In this document: piece after piece, positions 38,842 to 46,867 of the stretch
Layout of the letters: every line of letters begins with the position of its first letter
How positions within the stretch are numbered: position 1 is the first letter of the stretch
Assembly (NCBI GenBank): GCA_964291235.2
Contig: OZ219816.1
Coordinates: forward strand, 960,001 to 1,024,000
From: Vicinamibacteria bacterium
GTDB taxonomy: Bacteria > Acidobacteriota > Vicinamibacteria > Marinacidobacterales > Marinacidobacteraceae
Reading direction: 5' to 3'
Length of the DNA: 64,000 nt
The notes under the pieces: generated by a model
The model's database searches: none
What the model was told of the DNA's origin: nothing
Seen by the model: only the letters and a program-made list of their open reading frames with translations
Translations under genes and position numbers: made by a program

Positions 38842-40032
38842 ATGAGACTTCGACTGAGAACCGTCCCGCTTGCGGGCCTTCTGATCGCCGGGCTGCTCGC
38901 GGCAACGCTCGCGGCCGCGCAGGATCCGTACTTTCCCGAACGCCACGACTGGCAGACGAGGGCTCCCGCCGAAGCGGGGTTCGACCCGACGCTCCTTGAG
39001 GAGGCCGTGGAGTTCGCGGTGGCGTCGGAATCGGGCGCTCCCCGGGACCTCGCTTTGAACCACGAATTGACGTTCGCTCAGGAGCCCTTCGGGAGTCGCG
39101 TCGGCCCCACGACCGTGCGGGGAGCGCTGAGCGGCATCGTCATCAAGGACGGTTACATCGTCCGGGAGTGGGGGCCGTCGAAGAAGGTGGACATGACCTT
39201 CAGCGTCTCGAAGACCTTCCTTTCGACGACCATCGGGCTGCTCTACGACGCCGGCCTCATCGCGTCGGTCGAGGACCGGGTGGGCCCCTACATGCCGGAC
39301 GACGAACTCTTCGGCTCGGAGCACAACCAGTCCATCACCTGGGATCACCTCCTGCGTCAGACCAGCGACTGGCAGGGCACGCTCTTTGGGAAGCCGGACT
39401 GGGCCGACCGGCCGGTGGGAGACCATCCCTTCGAGTATCCCGACCGCCCGATGTACAAGCCGGGAACCCACTACAAGTACAACGACGTCCGGGTGAACCT
39501 GCTCGGCCTTGCGGGGCTCCACGTGGTGCGCGACCCGTTACCGGTCATTCTCCGCAAGGGGATCATGGATCCCATCGGCGCCTCGAACCGCTGGCGCTGG
39601 CACGGCTACGAGAACTCCTGGGTGATGATCGACGGCCGGAACGTCCAGTCCGTGAGCGGCGGCGGCCACTGGGGCGGCGGGATGCACATCAGCGGCCGCG
39701 ACCTCGCCCGTTTCGGCTACCTGTTCCTGCGGATGGGGAACTGGAAGGGCGAGCAGCTCATCTCCGAGGAGTGGATCGGGATGGCCCGCACTCCGGGCGA
39801 GGTTAACCCCAGCTACGGCTACATGAACTGGTTCCTGAACGGCCCGGTCGAGCGGGACGGGGAGATGGTGAAGTCCATCCCCGACGCTCCCGACACCGCG
39901 GTGACCTTCCGTGGGGCCGGGAGCAACATCGTCTACGTGGACTGGGAGAACGACCTGGTGGTCGTGGTCCGCTGGATCCAGGGGGGCGCGGTATCGCCCT
40001 TCATCGGGAAGGTGCTCGCGGCGCTGCGCTGA
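38842..40032 (+). CDS. Secreted serine hydrolase, beta-lactamase/AmpC-like family
   Basis: Signal peptide, FSVSK (SxxK), ITWDHLL.QTS, PGTHYKYND, DLARFGYL. Confidence 0.9.
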   Translation: MRLRLRTVPLAGLLIAGLLAATLAAAQDPYFPERHDWQTRAPAEAGFDPTLLEEAVEFAVASESGAPRDLALNHELTFAQEPFGSRVGPTTVRGALSGIVIKDGYIVREWGPSKKVDMTFSVSKTFLSTTIGLLYDAGLIASVEDRVGPYMPDDELFGSEHNQSITWDHLLRQTSDWQGTLFGKPDWADRPVGDHPFEYPDRPMYKPGTHYKYNDVRVNLLGLAGLHVVRDPLPVILRKGIMDPIGASNRWRWHGYENSWVMIDGRNVQSVSGGGHWGGGMHISGRDLARFGYLFLRMGNWKGEQLISEEWIGMARTPGEVNPSYGYMNWFLNGPVERDGEMVKSIPDAPDTAVTFRGAGSNIVYVDWENDLVVVVRWIQGGAVSPFIGKVLAALR

Positions 40033-40057
40033 CCGGGCGCCCGGCCCCTTCGGCGCA

Positions 40058-40450
40058 TCAGGCGCCGAGGTCGTAGAGCGGGAAACCCATCCTCTCCGCG
40101 GCGGTCGCCATCCGGCGGTCGTAGCTGGCGAGTGCAACGCGCTCACCGCTCTCCCGAAGATGCACCATCGAGGCGAGGTGCAGGGCGTCGAGCGTGCGGA
40201 GCGGCGAAGCAAAGGGTCTCAAGGCGCGTGCGAGCACCGGAGGAGAGAGTTCCAACAGGTCCGTCCCGCCGATAATGCGCTCTGCCGGACCGCCGTGAGT
40301 CTCGGCCATTCCGCGGGCGTGCAGCCGTACCCACACCTCGTACTCGAGCAGCCGGCTGGAAACCAGCTTCTCCTTCCATAGCGCCGGTGGAGGCCGTCGG
40401 TCCTCCGTCAGGATGTGGGCAAGGACGGCGGAACTGTCGAGATAGGTCAC
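40058..40450 (-). CDS. vapC: PIN-domain toxin
   Basis: YLDSSA, LRTLDALHLAS, SYDRRM. Confidence 0.9.
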   Translation of the reverse strand: MTYLDSSAVLAHILTEDRRPPPALWKEKLVSSRLLEYEVWVRLHARGMAETHGGPAERIIGGTDLLELSPPVLARALRPFASPLRTLDALHLASMVHLRESGERVALASYDRRMATAAERMGFPLYDLGA

Positions 40451-40740
40451 CGATCCGCCCGATCTTCGTCCAGCTCCCGGAGGAGTTGCGCCATGGACGT
40501 CACCGGCTTGCCTCTCGGAGGCGGCCCGTTCAGCCGGGATCGGGCAGGAGTGAGATGGCCCCTCCGGACCATCTCGACGAGTCGCGGATTGTCGGCGAGC
40601 GGGTTCCCCGTTTCCCGCGGAGGCCCCATCTCGGCGACGATGCGGTCGCGATTGGTGACCAGTACCGTCTCGCCGGAAGCGGCGAGACGGACGTACTCGC
40701 TCAAGCGGTTGTTCAGCTCCTTGATCCCGACGGCTCTCAT
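40447..40740 (-). CDS. Phd/YefM family antitoxin
   Basis: MRAVGIKELNNRLSEYVRLAASGETVLVTNRDRIVA. GTGA overlap with the toxin gene. Confidence 0.9.
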   Translation of the reverse strand: MRAVGIKELNNRLSEYVRLAASGETVLVTNRDRIVAEMGPPRETGNPLADNPRLVEMVRRGHLTPARSRLNGPPPRGKPVTSMAQLLRELDEDRADR

Positions 40741-40746
40741 GGAGTC

Positions 40747-40775
40747 ATGGTAGCTACGGTAGCCACCCATCGCAA
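40747..40775 (-). promoter_or_regulatory. Sigma70 promoter and palindromic operator of TA operon 2
   Basis: Minus strand TTGCGA-17 nt-TACCAT. GTAGCTAC palindrome 40750-40757 and near-palindrome GTAGCCAC 40759-40766. Confidence 0.7.
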
Positions 40776-40856
40776 CGGCGACCGCATTGCCGTCGCCGAA
40801 ACCGCGTCGGTGGTCGCCGCTGGGAGAGCCGGGCAACTCTCCGGGTCGGAAACGCC

Positions 40857-43430
40857 CTACCTGTCGCCCAACTCGTCCACCTGCGCCTGGTAAAGCCGCC
40901 GCCCCTCCTCGAACGTCGCCAGCACCGCCGCCTTCTGCGCGGGATCGTCCCAGCGATCCATCGCCCGCAGCTCCTCCAGCACCTGGTCGATCCAGCGGAC
41001 GAAGAACGCCGCGTCGTCCCGTGAGCGGATCGGTTCGTCGCCGCTGATCACGAACACGGGATTCGTGTGCGCGAACAGGTAGCTGTCCATCGCGCCGTGC
41101 TGCGGCGGCCCCAGTGCCCTCGCCGCAATCCACCCGCTTTCCTCGATCGGGATCTCCAGTTCCGCGTCGATCGATTTCAGGTCGCCCGCGGCGTCGATCC
41201 GGTGCACGACGCGACCGTTTTGCACGATCTCCAGGGCATGCATCGTGAAGAGCGACCGCGCCGTGGCGCGCACCGTGATCACATCGCCGCGCGACACCGC
41301 CAGTTCCTCGCCCATGCCCTTACCGGGAGCGTCTCCGGGCCCCGAAACGTCCAGCGTCATGATCGGGCCACTGGTCACGAACGCCCGACCCGCCGCCATC
41401 GCGTCGGCCCAGGCGTCGTAGTGGACATGGTCCTCGCCGGTGTAAACGTAGGTGCGCGTCGTCCCGACCGCGGGATGCCGCCAGATGTCCGACATGACGT
41501 CCGTTCCGGCGGTCCCCGGGATGCGCGAACCCGTGTTGAGGAGGCGGTACCAGACCTCGGCCGTGCCGAGTTCGTCGCTCCAGATACACGCCACGTCCAC
41601 AAAGTCGGCGAGGCCGAGAACCGCGTCAACGGGCAGCTCTCGCGCTGATCCGGCTCCCGCCGCGTCGGGGTCCCGATGCCGGAGTCCGAAGGGGTGGACG
41701 TACCCGCCGATGCCGCCCTGCTCGTGCACCCGGCGAAGCACCGCCGCGTTGTCCGGGTAGAGGGCCTGGTGCGCGGTCCCCACCGAGCCGATGTAGAAGG
41801 GCGTGATCAGCTCGATCAGATTCAGCAGCGAGAGGTGCGCGAAGTAGCTGGGCCGGTATTCCTCGTTGTAGTAAACGATGGTGCGCGGGCCGCCATGCGG
41901 GTGGGGGTGCCCGAGAAAGTGCTCGAGATCCTCGACCCGGCTGTTGCCCCAGTAGTTGGCGATCATGCCGTTCGCGATGTTGAGGTCCTCCGCGTGGGCC
42001 TTGTTCCGAAGGTCCTCGGGGGTGACGAAGTAGTGGCCGCCGTAGTTGGGGTGGATGTGATTGTCGCCCGAGTACCAGCCACTCTCCGCCATGTCGATCC
42101 AGCGGTCCAACTGGACTTCGACGGTGGCGTGCTCGCCAGCGCGGACTTCGACGGCGCGCGAGACGGGCTCGTATTCGAAGCCCCGCCAGGCCTCGACGGT
42201 GGCCTCGCCGGCGGGAAGGGTCACCGAGAAGCTGCCGTCCGTGTGGAAGTAGTAGTCCTCGGTCACGCTGACGACGCGGGGGTAGCTGCCGTGCGGGAAC
42301 CAGGCGCGCCCGTCGGCGCCGGTCAGATAGATGCGCGACGGCAGGAGTTCGCCGTCCGAGTCGCTGATGCGAACGCGGAGCCGGCCGGTGGGCTCGGACC
42401 ATGCGTAGCCGTCGATGCGCACGGGTTTGGGCGCGCCGCCCCCGCGCGTGACCGTGTAGAGCGCGAACCCCATCCCGTTGTCGATGCTGCGTGGCTGGTC
42501 CGGGACGCCGCCGTTCCGCGCGTACACCAGGCGCTCGCCATCGGGTGACCACGACGGGAAATACTCATCCGTGCGGCTGTGGGTGAGGCGCACGGGCTGG
42601 ATTCCCCGGGGGGACCTCTCGCTCGGAACGGCGTAGAGGTCGTTGTTGCCCGAGGAGTCCGTGATGTAGGCGACGATGCCTCCATGCGGTGCGACGACCG
42701 GCGCCGCCTGGTAGTTGGTCTCGATGCGAATGACGAGTTCCACCGCTCCAGTCGCGGCGCGATACCGCCAGAGGGAACCTGAGCCGAGTGCGGCTTCGCC
42801 CCGCCTGGAAACGAACACGATGTCGCCGGTGTCGCCGATCCAGTCTCCGGCCATGTCGTTCGCCGCCGGGTCGGCGATGACGGCTTCGGCCGATCCGGTT
42901 TCCATGTCGTGGACCCAGAGGTCGAAGGTGCCGTCACGCTCCGTCGTGAAGAGGACGCGGGACCCGTCCGGTGACCAGCGCGGGCGCAGGTCGAGGAAGG
43001 AGTGGGTGGTGAGGCGGCGCGACCCGCCCGTCGCGAGGTCGGTGACGAAGATGTCGAAGTTGCGGTCGATATCGGCCGCGTAGGCGATCTGGCTGCCGTC
43101 GGGGGACCAGCTCGGCTGGGAGTGGTAGCCGGGGCCGCTGGTCACCTGGTGGGCCGTGCCGCCCTCGGCGGGGACGATCCAGATGCGGCCCTGGTAGGCA
43201 AAGGCGATGGACTCGCCGTCGGGCGACCAGGCCGGGTAGGTGGGCGAGGCCGTGACTGGAGGCGGGAAGTAGCTCTCCATGTACATCCGGCCCGCGTTGC
43301 TGGAACCCGAGAGGGAGGGGTAGCCGCCCGGGAAGGGGTCGGGGTATTCGTATCCCTGGGCGGACGCAGGGCGCGCAGACAGCGATGCCAATGCGGCGGC
43401 GGCCAGGACTGCGATGGCGGGGAGTTTCAT
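40857..43430 (-). CDS. TolB/PD40 beta-propeller plus CehA/McbA family (PHP-like) metallohydrolase
   Basis: Signal peptide, repeated P.WSPDG, GWYSGDNHIH, EEYR...AH, GYVHP, WYRLLN.G...TAGTD, FAHTNP. Confidence 0.85.
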   Translation of the reverse strand: MKLPAIAVLAAAALASLSARPASAQGYEYPDPFPGGYPSLSGSSNAGRMYMESYFPPPVTASPTYPAWSPDGESIAFAYQGRIWIVPAEGGTAHQVTSGPGYHSQPSWSPDGSQIAYAADIDRNFDIFVTDLATGGSRRLTTHSFLDLRPRWSPDGSRVLFTTERDGTFDLWVHDMETGSAEAVIADPAANDMAGDWIGDTGDIVFVSRRGEAALGSGSLWRYRAATGAVELVIRIETNYQAAPVVAPHGGIVAYITDSSGNNDLYAVPSERSPRGIQPVRLTHSRTDEYFPSWSPDGERLVYARNGGVPDQPRSIDNGMGFALYTVTRGGGAPKPVRIDGYAWSEPTGRLRVRISDSDGELLPSRIYLTGADGRAWFPHGSYPRVVSVTEDYYFHTDGSFSVTLPAGEATVEAWRGFEYEPVSRAVEVRAGEHATVEVQLDRWIDMAESGWYSGDNHIHPNYGGHYFVTPEDLRNKAHAEDLNIANGMIANYWGNSRVEDLEHFLGHPHPHGGPRTIVYYNEEYRPSYFAHLSLLNLIELITPFYIGSVGTAHQALYPDNAAVLRRVHEQGGIGGYVHPFGLRHRDPDAAGAGSARELPVDAVLGLADFVDVACIWSDELGTAEVWYRLLNTGSRIPGTAGTDVMSDIWRHPAVGTTRTYVYTGEDHVHYDAWADAMAAGRAFVTSGPIMTLDVSGPGDAPGKGMGEELAVSRGDVITVRATARSLFTMHALEIVQNGRVVHRIDAAGDLKSIDAELEIPIEESGWIAARALGPPQHGAMDSYLFAHTNPVFVISGDEPIRSRDDAAFFVRWIDQVLEELRAMDRWDDPAQKAAVLATFEEGRRLYQAQVDELGDR

Positions 43431-43507
43431 CGGCGAAGGTCCTCTCCCGGAGCGAGAAGTCGTCACTCGGGCGAATGGGCAGATCCTCATGGCGGAGGCC
43501 TCGGAAC

Positions 43508-44521
43508 TCAGAAGATCGACTTCGGCATGTGCATGCTCACCAGCATGTTGGGAACGTCCACGGTTTCGGAGATCTTGAGGTCGCCGGCCAGCGAACAGAG
43601 CACGTAGGCCTCCTCGGGCGTCAGCCCGTGCTCGGCCACCAGCCAGGCGATCATGTGCCGCGTCGCCTTCTTCGCCGCCTCGTCGATGTCGGGGTCGAAC
43701 CCGGTGACCGCGTAGTACTCCTCCGTCTCGTATTCGGGTTCGGTGATCCCCCGGGGATTCGGGAGTACTTCCAGCGTCAGCACGAGCCGCATGGGCACCT
43801 CGATCGCGCTTCCGGAAACCTCACCGTCCGCCTGCACCGCGTGGGTGTCCCCGATCGAGAAGTTCGCGCCGGGGACCTGGACCGGGATATAGACCGTCGT
43901 CCCGGCGCGCATGTGCCGGTTGTCCATGTTGCCGCCGTTTGCGCGGGGCGGGATGGTCACCAGCATCTCGTCGGTGGCCGGCGCCACGCCGAGCACGCCC
44001 GGGAAGGGGGACAGGGGCAGGGTGATCCGGTCATTGAAACGCGCCTCGGTGGCGCCCGGCGCCAGATCGAAGCTCCGGATCCAGGGATCCGTGAACTCGT
44101 CGGCCAGGAAGCCGAACCCCGGGAAGATGCCGGCCCAGCCGGGGCCCTGAACTTCCGCTTCGTGGATCGTCACGGCGAGCAGGTCGCCCGGCTCCGCCCC
44201 CTCCACGGCGACCGGGCCGGTGAGGGCGTGGATCAACCCGAAGTCCACGCTCGCGAGATCCTCGGCGGTGGTCTCCGGAGTGATCTGGCCGTCCGAGGCT
44301 TCTTTCGTGAAGATCTCGACCACGGCGCCGGAGGGGACGGTGAGGACCGGCGGGATGGTGGCGCTCCAGCGGTTATGGGTGTTGTCCGCCGGAAGCGTGT
44401 AGTCGGGCGTCGGAACCGGATCCACCTCCGGTTCCGGGTCGGGGGCCGGAGCGGGTTCGGGTGATCCGCAGGCGGCCGCGAGGGCGAGAGCCGCGAGAAG
44501 CAGGACGGCGGTTCGGTACAT
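43508..44521 (-). CDS. Acetamidase/formamidase family protein with lipoprotein signal
   Basis: AAGGAG RBS, LAAAC lipobox, HNRWS, HALTGPV.VEGAEPGD, GGNMD, GDTHAVQADGEV.G.AIE. Confidence 0.9.
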   Translation of the reverse strand: MYRTAVLLLAALALAAACGSPEPAPAPDPEPEVDPVPTPDYTLPADNTHNRWSATIPPVLTVPSGAVVEIFTKEASDGQITPETTAEDLASVDFGLIHALTGPVAVEGAEPGDLLAVTIHEAEVQGPGWAGIFPGFGFLADEFTDPWIRSFDLAPGATEARFNDRITLPLSPFPGVLGVAPATDEMLVTIPPRANGGNMDNRHMRAGTTVYIPVQVPGANFSIGDTHAVQADGEVSGSAIEVPMRLVLTLEVLPNPRGITEPEYETEEYYAVTGFDPDIDEAAKKATRHMIAWLVAEHGLTPEEAYVLCSLAGDLKISETVDVPNMLVSMHMPKSIF

Positions 44522-44589
44522 CGGAGGCTCCTTGGTTTGGGCGCACCGGCGATTATCCGTGTTGCGCAGGTACCCCCACCGGAAGAGCT

Positions 44590-45202
44590 GGGCCGGTCTT
44601 TGGCCGACGTCGCTCCGCACAGCGCAGCGAGATCCCGCCGTCAACTGTCCCGGGTGGCGCTGCAGCCCATCAATGTGGCGCTGCGCCACTCCCGTGCCTG
44701 TACGGCAAAGCACCGTCCGCGTTCAGGTTGGCGCAGGAGCGCCGGCCTCCGGCCGGCATCGCTTCGCGTAGCGGAGCGAAACTCCCGTCGTCAACTTTCC
44801 CCGATGGTGCTGCAGCCCAACGCCGTAGCGCTGCGCCACTCTCGGGCTGGTCCGGCGACGCGCCGCCCCGCTTGGGTCGGCGCCGTCGAGGCTGATCAAG
44901 TCGGGGAGTTTCGCCTCGCAGGAGCGCCGGCCTCCGGCCGGCATCGCTCCGCGCAGCGGAGCGAAACTCCCGTCGTCAACCCGATGGTGCTGCAGCCCAA
45001 CGCCGTAGCGCTGCGATTTCCCCGATGGTGCTGCAGCCCAACGCCGTAGCGCTGCGCCACTCTCGGGCTGGTCCGGCTACGCGCCGTCCCCGCTTGGGTT
45101 GGCGCCGTCGAGGCTGACCAGGTGTGGGAGTTTCGCCTCGCTGCGCTCGCCGATGCCGGCCGGGAGGCCGGCGCTCCTTGCGCTCCTCGCGCTCCTTGCG
45201 CT
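44590..45202. repeat. REPIN/BIME-like repeat cluster (GGAG-headed REP)
   Basis: GGAGCGCCGGCCTCCGGCCGGCATCGCT at 44736 and 44921 (185-bp period), inverted copy 45153-45177, inner IR GCGAAACTCCC/GGGAGTTTCGC, degenerate unit from about 44590. Confidence 0.9.
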
Positions 45203-45203
45203 G

Positions 45204-46208
45204 CTAGCGCGACGTGCTGGCGTCGGTTTCCGGAGCCGCGTAGTAGCCCTTTCGGGTGCGGGCGACGACGTCGTCGCGGCCCTTGATCTTGACTTCGATG
45301 CTTCGCCAGCCGCCTTCCTTGCGCTCCCGGGAGGGGAGATACGCGACTTGGTACTGCCGGTGCAGTTCGTGCTGGATCTGGCGGAAATGGCGCGACAGAT
45401 CTTCGATCTTCTCCGGGTAGTAGGACCTTCCGCCGCTTTGCTCCGCCACCGCGTCCAGAAAATCGCGGTTCAGCTTTCCGCCTCCTTCGGGACTCCAGCC
45501 CGTGTATCCGACCGTGTAGATCGCCCCCTCCGAAAGCCGGGCGCCTTCCAGCGCCTGCTCCCGCGTGCTGACGCTCCCCTTGGCATCGGACCCGGAGTCC
45601 TCCCCATCCGAGACGAGAATGAGCGCCTTTCGCTCCTCGACGCGGGAGAGTTCCTGCAGGCTGGTGAGGATTGCGTCGTACAGCGCCGTCTTCCCGAAAG
45701 GACGCATGGCGCGGATCATGGGAACCTGGTTCCAGATGTCCGTGGCGTACGGAGGTCCGAAGCGGACACCTTCGCTGAAGGTGGCGACGCGTCCCTGGTC
45801 GGCGGTCGCCATGTTACGAAGGAAGAGATAGGCGGCAGTCTGAATCGCCGACAGATTCGAACGGACGGATGCGGATGAGTCGAGCAGGAGGAGGCTGGTT
45901 ACCGGAGTCAGATCGGCGGTGAAGTAATTGATCTCCTGGGGTATCCCGTCCTCGAGGATCTCGAAGTCGTCCTCGCCAAGCCCGGTGACGAAGCGCCCAC
46001 GCTCATCCGCGACCACGATGTCGAGGGTTACGCTGGGAACCCGGACCACGAAACTGAACCGCTCCCCGAGCGTTGCTTCCCGCTCCGTGGTGGTTGGCCT
46101 CTCCACCGGCGGTGGCTGCGTCGGCGGCTGGCTCGGGGGCTGTCCCGGAGCGAGCGATCCGGTTGCCAACAAGCTCAGGATGGCGGTTGGAATCAGCACT
46201 GCGCGCAT
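45204..46208 (-). CDS. VWA domain protein, acidobacterial type
   Basis: GRFVTGL...DF.ILEDG.PQ.I, LLLDSSAS (MIDAS), TALYDAI, RKALILVSDGED, SGGR, QY...Y.P, RTRKGYYA. Confidence 0.9.
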   Translation of the reverse strand: MRAVLIPTAILSLLATGSLAPGQPPSQPPTQPPPVERPTTTEREATLGERFSFVVRVPSVTLDIVVADERGRFVTGLGEDDFEILEDGIPQEINYFTADLTPVTSLLLLDSSASVRSNLSAIQTAAYLFLRNMATADQGRVATFSEGVRFGPPYATDIWNQVPMIRAMRPFGKTALYDAILTSLQELSRVEERKALILVSDGEDSGSDAKGSVSTREQALEGARLSEGAIYTVGYTGWSPEGGGKLNRDFLDAVAEQSGGRSYYPEKIEDLSRHFRQIQHELHRQYQVAYLPSRERKEGGWRSIEVKIKGRDDVVARTRKGYYAAPETDASTSR

Positions 46209-46357
46209 GACGTCTTGGGGGATTGCCGTAGTGTAGGCCGCAGACGCGCGGCGCGCCGGACGGGTGTCGAGCGAGGTTTCTGCTCTTGCGGATTTCCGTC
46301 CTTCCCGGTTACTCTCGCGGTTCGAATGATTCGTCCCCGGCGAGGAGGAGCCTCCCC

Positions 46358-46825
46358 ATGAGCCACCGCGTTCGCATCAGCGTCAACGGAAAAGCCGAGG
46401 AGTTGGATGTCGAGTCCAGACTGCTCCTTTGTCATCTGCTCCGGGACCGGCTTGGACTTACCGGGACGAATGTCGGCTGCGACACCTCGCAGTGCGGATC
46501 CTGCACGGTGCTCATGGACGGGAAGGCAGTCAAATCGTGCACCGTGCTGGCGGTCCAGGCGGACGGCTCGGACATAACGACCATCGAAGGGCTGGCGGGC
46601 GCCGACGGGCTCCATCCCGTGCAACAGTCCTTCTGGGATAACCACGGCCTGCAGTGCGGCTTCTGCACTCCGGGCATGATCCTGACCGCGGTCGAAATCC
46701 TGGAGCGGAATCCGGACGCCACGGACGCCCAGGTGCGTCACGGCCTCGAAGGCAACATCTGCCGCTGCACCGGTTACGAAAACATCGTCAAGTCGGTGGT
46801 GGCCGCCGGCGCCCGCGGGAGCTGA
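46358..46825 (+). CDS. Molybdenum hydroxylase small [2Fe-2S] subunit (CoxS-like, form II cluster)
   Basis: [36 protein letters not shown]. Confidence 0.93.
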   Translation: MSHRVRISVNGKAEELDVESRLLLCHLLRDRLGLTGTNVGCDTSQCGSCTVLMDGKAVKSCTVLAVQADGSDITTIEGLAGADGLHPVQQSFWDNHGLQCGFCTPGMILTAVEILERNPDATDAQVRHGLEGNICRCTGYENIVKSVVAAGARGS

Positions 46826-46867
46826 GCGAGGCTCACAACTTTCGACAGGACTGCGAGGAGGAGAACC

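Noticed and set aside
38842-40032. Beta-lactam resistance gene
   Set aside because: An SxxK hydrolase fold alone is not enough. No class C KTG motif is evident, so an esterase or amidase is more likely.
44736-45177. CRISPR array or protein-coding repeats (ORFs 44461-45049)
   Set aside because: Mixed orientations and repeated spacers. The ORFs are translations of REP palindromes (ERRPPAG, AGAPASGRH).
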